A stretch of DNA of 64,000 nucleotides from an uncultured delta proteobacterium (GCA_963816145.1 CAWFJP010000002.1:96001-160000), one strand, 5' to 3'; positions 1 through 9,630 are shown, numbered from the stretch's first letter. A program made the numbers and translations. The notes: generated by a model not told the origin, from the sequence alone.

Positions 1-229
1 AACCTTCGAGCACCGGCGGTTCCATGGTGATCCAGTTGGTGCTGGAAAGTTCGTAAAGACTGGTGCGATCGTGATCGTTCCAATCTTTGCAGGCCTGAAC
101 GCAGTGGCGACAGCCGATGCATTTGGTTGCGTCAAATAGTATGCTGCGCGGCTTGCCGTCGAGCAGCCGGCCGGTTGGAACCAGGTTGCCATATTCTCGG
201 GTTAGAGTATCCGTCGGTTTTATCGCCAT
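1..229 (-). CDS. 4Fe-4S dicluster protein (FdnH/HybA/DmsB-like), runs off window start
   Basis: Manual translation from ATG at 229: MAIKPTD...RSILFDATKCIGCRHCVQACKDWN; CxxCxxCxxxC motif. Confidence 0.85.
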   Translation of the reverse strand, partial: MAIKPTDTLTREYGNLVPTGRLLDGKPRSILFDATKCIGCRHCVQACKDWNDHDRTSLYELSSTNWITMEPPVLEG

Positions 230-305
230 GCCGGTCCTTTCGATCTCACGTTCAGCGTGGGTGTATCATTTAAGATTTGCGGGCGTCAACAGAGCGGCAA
301 CGGGC

Positions 306-337
306 AATGTAGAATTGATAATGGAGAATGGATAATG
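306..337. repeat. Degenerate 7-mer tandem array, single arm
   Basis: AATGTAG AATTGAT AATGGAG AATGGAT AATG. Confidence 0.55.
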
Positions 338-425
338 TTCGTGCGCAGATAGCTCTTGTGTTTCGCTAGCCGTCCCGATTAGCATGCGATCAGCTCAGTG
401 CGTCGGTTCGGAAAGGAGAATTTTC

Positions 426-1166
426 ATGGCTTCTGGAACTTGGCGAGGGATTGTCGGCGTGGTGAAACCGACTTACGGGTCGGGATCGCTAGTGGAGTTC
501 ATTCGGCTCTTGCCGGAAGGGGTCGGCTGCATACCGATGTATGCCGGCATCAAGGAACATTCCGAGCGCGGCTATCTCGGCGCGATGGAGACCTACCATG
601 TCAAGGTCGCTGAGCTCGCGGAAATCGGCGTCGATCTGATGCATCCCGAGGGCGGACCGCCGTTCATGGTGCGCGGCCATAAGGCCGAGCAGGAGATCGT
701 CAGCGCTTGGGAAGCCAAGTATAAAGTGCCGATCTTTACCTCGGGCATGTCGCAGGCCCAAGCGCTGCGCGCTTTAGGCATCAGGAAGTTTGTCGGCTGC
801 ACTTATTTCCGCGATCAGAAGATGAACGATGTCTTCACACGGTACTTCACCGACTGCGGGTTTGAAGTGCTCGGCATGGAGGGCATGGACACCTCGCCCA
901 GCGAAGCGGACGGAGTTTCTAACGAGACGATCTATCGGCATCTCAAAGCGTCCTTTAACAAACATCCGACGGCGCAGGGTATTTACCTGCTCGGCTCCGG
1001 TGCCTGGGGGATCAAGGACATCGTCACTGCGGAGAACGATCTCGGCGTGCCGGTGGTTCATCCAGTTGCCGCGCGGGTTTGGTACGTGCAGAAGCTCCTA
1101 AGGATTAAGAATCCGTTGAAAGGGGCGAGCCGGTTGTTGGAGGAGTTGCCAGCAATTGTCGGCTAA
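426..1166 (+). CDS. Maleate cis-trans isomerase / arylmalonate decarboxylase / Asp-Glu racemase family protein
   Basis: WRGIVGVVKP, ALRALGIRK, ENDLGVPVVHP typical of family; SD AAAGGAG before ATG 426. Confidence 0.75.
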   Translation: MASGTWRGIVGVVKPTYGSGSLVEFIRLLPEGVGCIPMYAGIKEHSERGYLGAMETYHVKVAELAEIGVDLMHPEGGPPFMVRGHKAEQEIVSAWEAKYKVPIFTSGMSQAQALRALGIRKFVGCTYFRDQKMNDVFTRYFTDCGFEVLGMEGMDTSPSEADGVSNETIYRHLKASFNKHPTAQGIYLLGSGAWGIKDIVTAENDLGVPVVHPVAARVWYVQKLLRIKNPLKGASRLLEELPAIVG

Positions 1167-1176
1167 CGAATTTGCG

Positions 1177-3063
1177 TCAGTCGAGCTGGCTCCACTCTTG
1201 GAATTCTTGAAGATCTAGTTTCTCCAACGTGTCCTTGAACGGCCTGCCGGTGCGCTCGTGGCGGCCGGAGAGTTTGTAGTAGTCCCAAATCATACCGGGC
1301 AGCCATTTGGCGATGGTGAAGCCTTTGTATTTGCCGTCCGGGATGGGTTCCAAGAATCTTGGGCCGACATCTTGCCAGTCGAAATCGGCAACCCATCCGC
1401 GCTGGGTGCCGAAAAGGCTTTGCAGGATCATGCTGCGGTGGCCGGCGGCGAGGGCTTCGGCGATGGAAAAATCCCAGCCGGTGATCGCGTTGAAGGCGTC
1501 GACGATTGAATTCAAGCCGTCCTTCTTGTGGGCTTCCTGGGCGAACCAGCAGCCGCCGAAGATGCCGGTGAACTGGCGGTATTGCTCGGACAAGACATGC
1601 GACCAAACCCAGCCCTCGGGGTTGTCCATTTCCAGTGGGCCCCAATGTTCGTTGTCACGCAGATCGGGCGGCGGATTTTTCGAGCCACCGCCTTGCGGTT
1701 TCATGCCTCCGCTGGCGACCAACTCTCGTAACATTTGACCGAGCAGCGGGCGCCATTCGTGCATCGCCGGCGTGCCGCCTTTGGTGTGGACTGCCCAGTT
1801 GGGCGCGTCGCCGCCGAGGGCTTCGGCCAATTGCTTCGGCCCCTCGGCGAGCAGATTGCCGAGCCAGCCTTGGCGGCGTGCCGCCAAATCAAGAAGTTTA
1901 TCGACCGCCTCGACACTGCCCCATTCGAGCTTGATGCCATCCGTGCGGTCGGGACCGAGCAAGCCTTTCTCCCACGCTTCGAACGCGACGCCGGCGCCGC
2001 AGGAGAAGTGGCTGCACTCGATTCCCAGATTATTGATCTTCTCTGCGAGATAGAGCACTGCGTTGCCTTTGATGCCGAGGTTGAAAAAAGTATCGAGCCA
2101 CTCGCCGCCGGCATTGAAGTGAACGACCGTTCCTTTGAATTGACCCTCGCCCAACTTGGCATCCCACGGGCACATGCGGGCGCACTGAAAGCAGGGACGG
2201 AGCACGACATCGTTGTCGGCGAAGCCGGCGATATGCGCCGGTTGAATGTCAGTGCTGCGCCAGTTCAAATTGTTGAGCGCGCCCCAGGCGTCGCCGTGTC
2301 CGTACTTGGTTTTCTTTTTCTTGACATCGTGTTGCTGCAAGACGTTGCGCCAACGTAAGCCGGCATCGGCCAGTTTCGTTTTGTCGCGATGGCTTGGCCG
2401 CATGGTGCCGGAAACCACAATGGCTTTGAGTTTTTTCGAGCCGAGCACGGCGCCGCCGCTGTGGGCGGCGAAATGATTGTAGTCGTTGGCGAGCATGGCG
2501 GCGCGATTCAAATTCTCGCCGGCGGGACCGATGCAAAGGACTCTGGCGTCGCGGTTGCCGACGATCTCGCGCAGACGGTCCTCAGTGTGACGGGTGCCGA
2601 GGCCCCAGACTTTCGCGCCATCGCGCAATTCCGCCCTGCCGTCTTTGATATAGAGATAGACCGGCTTCGCCGACACGCCTTGAACGATGACGCCGTCGTA
2701 ACCGGCGGCCTTGAGATAAGTCGCCCAGTAGCCGCTGGTGGCGCCGCGGCCTAATGTCTTGTTGGTCAGTGGGCTGAGATAGACTGCGGTCATTTTTGTG
2801 CCGCCCGGCGTGAAGCCGTTGCCGGTCAGCGGGCCGGTCATCATGACCACTTTGTTTTCCGGGCCGAAGGGTGTCGCGTCGAGGGGCAATTCATGCATCA
2901 AGATATAGAGTGCTAGCGCTTGGCCGCCGATAAATTTCTTTAAGATCGGCTCTTCGGGCAGATTCTCGTCTGTGAGCGTGCCGGTCGTCAGATCGACACG
3001 GAGGATCTTGCCCATATAGCCGCCGGGGAGGGGGGTGGTACGTTTGGCGGGAAATAAACTCAT
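1177..3063 (-). CDS. aor: Aldehyde:ferredoxin oxidoreductase family protein (AOR/WOR, W-pterin)
   Basis: GYMGKILRVDLT, GPLTG, SPLT, IGPAGE, GAVLGSKKLKAI, CFQCARMC plus later GGCWF. Confidence 0.9.
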   Translation of the reverse strand: MSLFPAKRTTPLPGGYMGKILRVDLTTGTLTDENLPEEPILKKFIGGQALALYILMHELPLDATPFGPENKVVMMTGPLTGNGFTPGGTKMTAVYLSPLTNKTLGRGATSGYWATYLKAAGYDGVIVQGVSAKPVYLYIKDGRAELRDGAKVWGLGTRHTEDRLREIVGNRDARVLCIGPAGENLNRAAMLANDYNHFAAHSGGAVLGSKKLKAIVVSGTMRPSHRDKTKLADAGLRWRNVLQQHDVKKKKTKYGHGDAWGALNNLNWRSTDIQPAHIAGFADNDVVLRPCFQCARMCPWDAKLGEGQFKGTVVHFNAGGEWLDTFFNLGIKGNAVLYLAEKINNLGIECSHFSCGAGVAFEAWEKGLLGPDRTDGIKLEWGSVEAVDKLLDLAARRQGWLGNLLAEGPKQLAEALGGDAPNWAVHTKGGTPAMHEWRPLLGQMLRELVASGGMKPQGGGSKNPPPDLRDNEHWGPLEMDNPEGWVWSHVLSEQYRQFTGIFGGCWFAQEAHKKDGLNSIVDAFNAITGWDFSIAEALAAGHRSMILQSLFGTQRGWVADFDWQDVGPRFLEPIPDGKYKGFTIAKWLPGMIWDYYKLSGRHERTGRPFKDTLEKLDLQEFQEWSQLD

Positions 3064-3089
3064 CGTTGGCTCCGTGAATTGCGTGTCAA

Positions 3090-3173
3090 AAGGACGAAGG
3101 ATGAAGGCGGAAGGATGAATTCGGATTGTCAGTGATTCTTAACTTCATCCCTCATCCCTCCGCCTTCATCCTT
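3090..3173. repeat. Palindromic element of 7-mer tandem units (AAGGATG family)
   Basis: Left arm AAGGACG AAGGATG AAGGCGG AAGGATG AA; right arm reverse-complements to AAGGATG AAGGCGG AGGGATG AGGGATG AA. Confidence 0.85.
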
Positions 3174-3178
3174 GCCTA

Positions 3179-4174
3179 TCATCTTACTCCGAAAATCGCG
3201 CGCATTTCTTCGCCCGCCGGGCCGTATTCTTTTGCCATGCGCGGGTCGCTCGCTTGCAATTTCACGTTTTTCAGTGAAAACACTTGAGGGTCGACGTCGC
3301 GATGAGCGGGAATTCTCCCCTGGTCGCGCAGCATGCGTTGGCCTTCGATGGAGAGAATAAAGCCGATCAGCAGTTTGCCGGCGTTGGGGTGCGGCGCGCT
3401 TTTGGCAAGAACCATCGGGTGCACGTAGGTGATCACCGGCTCGTCGAAAACATATTGCACCGGACCGCCTTGGGCTTTAATGCGCGCCGCGATGTGGGCG
3501 TAGGTGTTGGTGACGGCGTGGAATTCACCGGCGGCGAGGAGTTGCGCCGTGATGTTATGACCATCGCGCAGGGCCGGTTGTTGGGCGGCCAGCGCTTTCA
3601 AAAAAGTACGCGTTTTGTCTTTGCCCCAGCGCCGCTGCAAGTTGACGTACCACTCCGGGTCTTGGAGATTGACGCCGATGCGTCCCTTCCAGCGCGGCGC
3701 CAAAAGATCTTCGTATTTCTTCGGCGCTTCATCGGGTCTGACGAGCTGGGTGTTGTAGGCCATGGAGTTGAGCAGCGAATGGACGTTGACCCAGTGGCCA
3801 TCGGGATCTTTGAAGCCTTCGTCGAAAGCTGCGGCTTCAGGCGGCACATAGCGCTGGGTGAGCCCAGACTCCTTCATCAGCTGCACCTGAAATCCCGCAG
3901 AAGTCACGACGTCGACGGCGAAGCGGCCGGCCTTCGCTTCGGTGCTGGCGCGTTGCAGCACCCGTTCGCTGGTGCCACGGTAGAACGACGGCTTGATCGC
4001 TGGATATTTTTTCTTGAAGGCGTCGACCAGGGTGACGATCTGCTCGTTGTTGAGGGAGCTATAAAGTACCACTTCGCCTTCGGCGCGGGCGCCCTCTTCG
4101 AGGGTGGCGGCATGCGCGGGAGGGAATAGGACTGATACGACAAATAGGACCAATAGTGATCGAAGCATCATCAC
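3179..4174 (-). CDS. Extracellular solute-binding protein (Fe3+/polyamine-type, SBP_bac_6-like)
   Basis: Signal peptide, EGEVVLYSS, YNTQLV, DLLAPRWKG, APHPNAGKL. Confidence 0.85.
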   Translation of the reverse strand: MMMLRSLLVLFVVSVLFPPAHAATLEEGARAEGEVVLYSSLNNEQIVTLVDAFKKKYPAIKPSFYRGTSERVLQRASTEAKAGRFAVDVVTSAGFQVQLMKESGLTQRYVPPEAAAFDEGFKDPDGHWVNVHSLLNSMAYNTQLVRPDEAPKKYEDLLAPRWKGRIGVNLQDPEWYVNLQRRWGKDKTRTFLKALAAQQPALRDGHNITAQLLAAGEFHAVTNTYAHIAARIKAQGGPVQYVFDEPVITYVHPMVLAKSAPHPNAGKLLIGFILSIEGQRMLRDQGRIPAHRDVDPQVFSLKNVKLQASDPRMAKEYGPAGEEMRAIFGVR

Positions 4175-4183
4175 GTTTGGGCC

Positions 4184-5164
4184 TCACACATGGCCGATGA
4201 AAAGATCATCCATGGGCAGCATGATTTTCATCAAGCCCTGTTCGATTTGGTAGCGGTTCATAGCCGCGAGGGTGCGCTTTTCGTTGTCGCCCATGACGTA
4301 GGCGTAAGGATCTTCGCCCAGCGCGTCGCGTTCTTTTTGATAGCCGGCGATCTCCTCAGGCGGCATGTACTCGGTCGAGACATCGCGCGCTGCCATGAAG
4401 GCACGGGTGAGCTTCGCCGGGAAGTCGGGGTGGCGATCGACCACCTCTTTGCGGATCGACAATACATGCATGATCGGATTGATGCCGGTTCTCTTGACGT
4501 AATCGAGAATCTCCTGATTGTCGTCGAACAGCGGTTTTACCCCAGGGTAAGCGGCCATCATCGGCGGGGTTTCGCCGCCGCCGAAGAAGCCGGCATAGCC
4601 GTTGTCGCCCGGCACAACCGCGCCGTGCAGTTCACCTTCACTGAGCATTTTCGACAGCACCAGCTTCTCGCCGCCGAAGGGTGGCGGCGGCTCGATGCGC
4701 TGGACCTTCACCGGCAATTCATGGCCGATGAACACCTCGCGGCCGGACACGAACCACTGCATGTCAGTGGTCTTGATGCCATGGGCGTCGAGTAAATAGC
4801 CGCGCGCCCAGACCACGGCGGTGGCGCCGTAACGGAAGCAGCCGAACTTTTTGCCTTTGAGTTCCGACGGATGTTTCAGATGTTTGTCGCAGTGGTAAAT
4901 GTTGCGCTGGCGCGGACCGCGCTCGAAGAACACCGGTATGGCGAGCAATTGCTGCCCCTTCTCGATGGCGCGCATCAAGCTCGCCGCCGAGACTTCGCCG
5001 ACATCCCATTCGCCATGAAGATATTTGTAGTGGCGCTCGCCGGAGGAGACGAAGTTCGGATCGACGTCGAGTTCGTAGCCGTCGATGCCGACTTTGCCGT
5101 CGATGATCGCCTGGCAGCGGGGGTGGTCGGGAAGACCTAGGGTAATTTTAGTTTTGGTGGCCAT
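4184..5164 (-). CDS. 4,5-dihydroxyphthalate decarboxylase-like protein (PBP fold)
   Basis: IIDGKVGIDG, DVGEVS, AIPVF, PIMHVL, GEDPYAY; no signal peptide. Confidence 0.7.
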   Translation of the reverse strand: MATKTKITLGLPDHPRCQAIIDGKVGIDGYELDVDPNFVSSGERHYKYLHGEWDVGEVSAASLMRAIEKGQQLLAIPVFFERGPRQRNIYHCDKHLKHPSELKGKKFGCFRYGATAVVWARGYLLDAHGIKTTDMQWFVSGREVFIGHELPVKVQRIEPPPPFGGEKLVLSKMLSEGELHGAVVPGDNGYAGFFGGGETPPMMAAYPGVKPLFDDNQEILDYVKRTGINPIMHVLSIRKEVVDRHPDFPAKLTRAFMAARDVSTEYMPPEEIAGYQKERDALGEDPYAYVMGDNEKRTLAAMNRYQIEQGLMKIMLPMDDLFIGHV

Positions 5165-5187
5165 GAGTTTGCTCCTTCAAGATTTTG

Positions 5188-5269
5188 GTTCCATTCGTTC
5201 CAATGGTTCCAAATGTTCCAATCGTTTTCGAACATCTGGAACGACTGGAACGGCTGGAACGATTGAAAC
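5188..5269. repeat. Palindromic element of 9-mer tandem units (GTTCCARTC family)
   Basis: GTTCCATTC GTTCCAATG GTTCCAAAT GTTCCAATC, then inverted ATCTGGAAC GACTGGAAC GGCTGGAAC GATTGAAAC. Confidence 0.85.
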
Positions 5270-5278
5270 TCCCCGGCG

Positions 5279-6340
5279 CTACCGCGCGCCGGGGAAGATC
5301 TCTCGATACCGGTTGCCGATCTGTTGATAGCGTCTTCCTATATCGAAAATATCCGGCATGCGCACGTCTTGGCCTTCCAGGAGTTGGCTCTCGGGGGATT
5401 TAACTTTGGGATGAGCCGGCATGCGATTGGTGGTGACGATGATTTTCTGGCCGTCTTCCGAAAGCAGGTAGTCGGTGAACAGCGCGCCGGCGAAGGGGTG
5501 GGGCGCATTGGCGCTCATGAAGACCAGGCTCGGACTGAGAAAGTAGGGTTGGATCGGCGCGAAGCCCAGCGGCGCGCCCTGTCGACTCAAACTGAGCACC
5601 GAGTTGAGATTGGTCTCCACGGCGATCTCATGCTCGCCGGCGGCGAGCAGTTGAGTCATCAAGCGGCGGCCGCGCGAGTGCTGCAAGTTTTGCTCGTTCA
5701 AGCGCTTCATGAAGCGCTGGCCGTTCTCTTCGCCCAGGTACTGCATTATGGTGCCGAACCAAACGTAGGATTGACTGTCCATCACCAGTTTGTTTTTCCA
5801 GCGCGGCTTCAAGAGATCTTCGACGCTGCGCGGCAGTTCGTCTTTTTGGACTAGCCGGCTGTTGTAGGCGCTGACCATGACGTTGGTCATGTAGGTGGTC
5901 CACAGGCCGTCTTTGTCTTTGAAGCCGTCGCGCAAGGTTTCCCGTTCCGGCGAGCGGTAGCGCGCGGCGACGCGCTTTTCGATGGACGCGAGCACGCCCA
6001 ATTGGCCGCTCAAGACGACATCCGACAAGGGTTTGCCGACGCGACTTTCGGATTCGATTCGCGTGATGATCGCGGCACCGGAGAAATGCACGCTGGTGGC
6101 TTTGACCCCGGGGTATCTTCTCATGAAGCCGTCAGCGAGCGGCTTCATCGCGGTTACGTCCATATTGGCATACACGACCGCTTCGCCGTCATTTTTCGCG
6201 GCTTCCAACAAACGCTGCCGACGTTCCGCCGCCGGCAGTTTTTCCAATGCAGCGAGTTTAGTCTCGCTACTCTGGGCCCAGAGCACCGATTGGGGCGCGA
6301 AAAATGACAGCGCCAGAAGAAAGATCAACGCCAAATGCAT
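5279..6340 (-). CDS. Extracellular solute-binding protein
   Basis: Signal peptide, AYNSRLV, DLLKPRWK, APHPFAG; paralog of 3179..4174. Confidence 0.85.
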   Translation of the reverse strand: MHLALIFLLALSFFAPQSVLWAQSSETKLAALEKLPAAERRQRLLEAAKNDGEAVVYANMDVTAMKPLADGFMRRYPGVKATSVHFSGAAIITRIESESRVGKPLSDVVLSGQLGVLASIEKRVAARYRSPERETLRDGFKDKDGLWTTYMTNVMVSAYNSRLVQKDELPRSVEDLLKPRWKNKLVMDSQSYVWFGTIMQYLGEENGQRFMKRLNEQNLQHSRGRRLMTQLLAAGEHEIAVETNLNSVLSLSRQGAPLGFAPIQPYFLSPSLVFMSANAPHPFAGALFTDYLLSEDGQKIIVTTNRMPAHPKVKSPESQLLEGQDVRMPDIFDIGRRYQQIGNRYREIFPGAR

Positions 6341-6350
6341 GCCGGCCTCA

Positions 6351-7343
6351 TTATTTCCTTATACCCAATTCGCGCTGAACTTCGTGCAATAACGAGAAGT
6401 CGACTAGCTTGGCAATCGGCGGTTGTGCCGCAAGTTTCAGCGGTTGGGTGATGGTCAGGTCGATATTGTTGCGCAACGATTCGTCGCTGGCGCCGCCCGG
6501 GTTTCTCGGGTCAATGGCTTTGATGCAGATATTCGCCGCGCCCTCGGTGATATCGCGCGGATGTTTGAATTCGGCCTGGGCGATCTTGTAGGTCTCCTCG
6601 GGCCGCGTTTGCATGAGTTGCAGGCTCTTCACCATGGCGCGGGTCCAGCGTTTGAGTTTGTCGCGCCGGTTGGTCAACAGCGCATCCGAGGTCGAATAGC
6701 CCGCCCAGGGCCAGGCGCCGAGGTCGGCTAAGACTGCGAGTTCGGTAAAGCCCTGCTTCTTCAAGATGAGCGCCGCGTCGGGATTGAAGGCGCGGGCGTG
6801 GATCACGCCATTGCGCATGGCGGTGATGGAGGTTTCAGCGCCGCCGATGGTCATGAAGGTCACGTCTTTTTTGGGATCCATGCCGTTCGCCTGTAGCACC
6901 ATGCTAGCGGCGATTTCAGTGGTCGCCCCGGGACCGGTGGTGCCGATCACCTTGCCGCGCAGATCTTGAACGCGCTTAATTTCCGGCGCGCCGAGAAGCA
7001 CGAACAGGCTCTTATAGTAGGGAAAAAAATTGGCTTTAAGCGGCGCGCCGCGCGCGGCGGCGCGCATCGACGAGCCGGCGATGCCGGCGACATCGATCTC
7101 GCCGGCCATCAGCGCGGTGACGACGACGTTGCTGTTGACGACGATCCACTGAATCTCCAAGTTCTCCTGGGCGAAAAAACCGGAGCGCATGCCGACGAAC
7201 AGCGGCAGATAGCCGAAGTCTTTTGTTGATAGAGCGACTCGGAAGAGTTCGCCGTGGCTGTTGCTCACTGAGCCGAGGAGGATGGCTGCGAGGGACGCAG
7301 TCATTGCTAGTCTATTGAGGCAACGGTGCATGAGTGTTTTCAT
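6351..7343 (-). CDS. NitT/TauT (NMT1/THI5-like) ABC substrate-binding protein
   Basis: GFFAQENL, ALMAGEID, DLRGKVIG, GMDPKKDV; start codon uncertain. Confidence 0.85.
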   Translation of the reverse strand: MKTLMHRCLNRLAMTASLAAILLGSVSNSHGELFRVALSTKDFGYLPLFVGMRSGFFAQENLEIQWIVVNSNVVVTALMAGEIDVAGIAGSSMRAAARGAPLKANFFPYYKSLFVLLGAPEIKRVQDLRGKVIGTTGPGATTEIAASMVLQANGMDPKKDVTFMTIGGAETSITAMRNGVIHARAFNPDAALILKKQGFTELAVLADLGAWPWAGYSTSDALLTNRRDKLKRWTRAMVKSLQLMQTRPEETYKIAQAEFKHPRDITEGAANICIKAIDPRNPGGASDESLRNNIDLTITQPLKLAAQPPIAKLVDFSLLHEVQRELGIRK

Positions 7344-7374
7344 GGCGCTAGATAGAAGTGATTTATCGGAGATT

Positions 7375-7450
7375 CTCCCGCCAAGACGCCAAGCGCGCAA
7401 AGGTAAGAATTATTTGCCTGAACTTAGCGTCCTTAGCGGCTTTGCGGGAG
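7375..7450. repeat. Palindromic element of 8-9-mer units (CGCMAAG family)
   Basis: CTCCCGCCAAGA CGCCAAGCG CGCAAAG ... CTTAGCGTC CTTAGCGG CTTTGCGGGAG. Confidence 0.75.
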
Positions 7451-7456
7451 TGACTC

Positions 7457-8407
7457 TTAATCAATATAACCCTTCTCGCGAAAATATTTCTTCGCCCCCG
7501 GATGAAGCGGGATGTTGAGTTGTCCCGCTTCGCCGCCGCGGCAAAATTCGCGGATGGTCATCGGCCGTTTGTCGAAATGATCGACCGGGATATGTTTGTG
7601 GCAAAGGTCGACCGCTCTGGCCATGTGGTAGGCGACCTTGTCAGATAAATCGGCATGGCAGAAAAATGTCCAGCCGCTGAAATCGACGCAGCGAATGGCT
7701 TGATCCAATTTCGGGTAATGCTTGCGCGTCAGCATGGCGCTGGGAAAACCCAACTTGGACATATGTTTGGCCGCGTTGTCGTCGATGGGCAAAAAGCGCA
7801 TCCCGGCTTTGAGCGCTGTCGGCCCCCAGCTTTTCACGCCTTCGTCAAATACCGCGTCGGCCTTGCCGGATAAAATCGCGTCGCGCCGTTCCGGGCCGCT
7901 CGGATTGGGAGCTTCCATGATCTTGCCGCCCCATTTCTCAATATCCCGGTAACTCATGCCATACGCCTTGAGCACTTCTTCGATAGCGTAGATCGTCGTT
8001 GCCAGTTTGCCGCGGCGGCGCGTCGAGATGCGTAGAGGATACTTCTGCTTTTTGACGTCTTCCAGCGATTTGATGCCGGTGTCTTTGCGCACGGCGAAGA
8101 TCAAGCGGTCCCAGGTCGGGAACACGCCGATGGCGCGCAGCGGGATTTTCTTCTTATAAAAGCCGCAGCCGAGATAGGCCATCGCCGACAAACCCACCGG
8201 ATTGCCGAAACCGAAGGTGTATTTCTTGTTGCCGACGAGGATCGCTGGCCCGGTGCCGCCCAACTCGGAGTCGCGCCAGCCCATGGCGATGTCGAGCTGC
8301 GACTGGCGCGGCAACTCAATGCTATTGAAAAACGTATAGCCGACGACGTTGGCGATATCGACGCGTTTCGAAGTTGCGGCAATGGAGAGTTTAATGGGTT
8401 TGTCCAT
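7457..8407 (-). CDS. TAXI-family TRAP solute receptor-like protein
   Basis: C-terminal IPLHPGAKKYFREKG, TGIKSLEDV; no evident signal peptide. Confidence 0.8.
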   Translation of the reverse strand: MDKPIKLSIAATSKRVDIANVVGYTFFNSIELPRQSQLDIAMGWRDSELGGTGPAILVGNKKYTFGFGNPVGLSAMAYLGCGFYKKKIPLRAIGVFPTWDRLIFAVRKDTGIKSLEDVKKQKYPLRISTRRRGKLATTIYAIEEVLKAYGMSYRDIEKWGGKIMEAPNPSGPERRDAILSGKADAVFDEGVKSWGPTALKAGMRFLPIDDNAAKHMSKLGFPSAMLTRKHYPKLDQAIRCVDFSGWTFFCHADLSDKVAYHMARAVDLCHKHIPVDHFDKRPMTIREFCRGGEAGQLNIPLHPGAKKYFREKGYID

Positions 8408-8451
8408 GATGTCGTCCTCGTGAAATGTTTTGGTTTAATGGGTCGGAATCC

Positions 8452-8533
8452 TCACCACGAAGAGCACGAAGGACACGAAGGTTTCGGATAATTGTTTTTC
8501 CGAACTTCGTGATCTTCGTGTCCTTCGTGGTGA
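8452..8533. repeat. Palindromic element of 9-mer units (CACGAAG family)
   Basis: TCAC CACGAAGAG CACGAAGGA CACGAAGGT TTCGGA ... TCCGAA CTTCGTGAT CTTCGTGTC CTTCGTGGTGA. Confidence 0.85.
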
Positions 8534-8556
8534 ACCAGTATTTTCCTCGCTGGCGA

Positions 8557-8997
8557 TCAACTCGCCTGCCGTGGACGCCGACCGCCGGGGCGGGCGAAGT
8601 GGAGCTCGAGATAATTGCCTTCGGAGTCGAACATGTAAATGGTGTTGCCGCTGTCGCGCTCGACGCTGCGGTGGAATTTGCCAAGCTCTTTGGCCTGTTT
8701 CAATGCCGTGTCGTAATCTTCCCAGGCCACGCTGAAGGCTTGGTGGGTGATGCCGTCCTGATCGACGGCGTCGCGGTTGAGCGGACGCGGCCGGGCGAAC
8801 AGGACGATGTCATAATCGCCGCAGTGCAGCCGGTCGAGCTTTTGCGCCACGCCGTGCACCGGAAATGAATCCGGATTGTTCGGGTTGCCGCCAACCCGGC
8901 CTAAATATTCCATGCCCAACACCTGGGTGTAAAACTCCTTGGCGCGATCTAAGTCATCGACCGGGATGCCCATGTGGTAAACTTTGGTGAGTTTCAT
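8557..8997 (-). CDS. VOC / glyoxalase family protein
   Basis: HMGIPVDDLDRAKEFYTQVLG, HQAF, DSEGNYLEL. Confidence 0.85.
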   Translation of the reverse strand: MKLTKVYHMGIPVDDLDRAKEFYTQVLGMEYLGRVGGNPNNPDSFPVHGVAQKLDRLHCGDYDIVLFARPRPLNRDAVDQDGITHQAFSVAWEDYDTALKQAKELGKFHRSVERDSGNTIYMFDSEGNYLELHFARPGGRRPRQAS

Positions 8998-9297
8998 TGT
9001 GTTTGTCCTTTCAAGTTCGCTGGATCAAAACGCTCGCCGTGATCGGCGGGCGGACATGCCAATCTGGAATTTATATAATAAACTGAGGAATCTGCAAACT
9101 TCCGTCGTTCAGCTCGGCTCAGTGCAGAGTACCCGCTCTGCGGATCTACGTGATGGTCGTCGATTCAAATTTGGTGAAATTTCGCGAGTTGAGAAAAACG
9201 GGCGGGTGTCAATGTCACGTCATTCTAAAGAGAAAGTCCGCAAATCAAAGTTCGCCCCGGTTCCCGAACCGGTATTCATGATCAATTTATGCGCGGG

Positions 9298-9630
9298 TCA
9301 TCGCTCAACTGGGATGGGCTCCGCGGCACTGGCCGCACGTGGTGTGAATCCTTCCATTGAGACCGTGTATTTGTTGGCCTGAGCATGGTAGCGGGTACAA
9401 GACTGGGTGGTGTAGTAGCCTCTGACATTCACGGCCGGTGGTGACTTTATCGGGAAACAAGCGGCGGGCCGGCTCAGCATGCACTCACGTGTTAACATTT
9501 CCTCAACGAAGGTGACGTGTCCGTCATAGGCGCCATAGATCCAAGTTCGGGTAAACTTCTTGCCGTGGAATTCAGCGCTCGTCGGGTCGATCAGGTGATT
9601 GCCCATTGCCGGCGCCACCGCTGCGGCATT
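9298..9630 (-). pseudogene. C-terminal fragment of a DUF5602/TTHB210-like protein
   Basis: APAMGNHLID...FTRTWIYGAYDGHVTFVEEM resembles the family C-terminus; in-frame stop just upstream and no N-terminal half. Confidence 0.5.

Noticed and set aside
3284-4129. Long antisense and alternate-frame ORFs (also 26244, 39176, 54836, 60786, 61531)
   Set aside because: Shadow ORFs of GC-rich genes with no protein motifs.
5188-5269. Possible CRISPR array (GTTCCA.../ATTGAAAC resemble CRISPR repeat ends)
   Set aside because: Units are 9 nt, directly adjacent and inverted, with no spacers and no cas genes.
9031-9052. Hairpin before the VOC gene as a riboswitch or attenuator
   Set aside because: Single short stem with no aptamer-like context.
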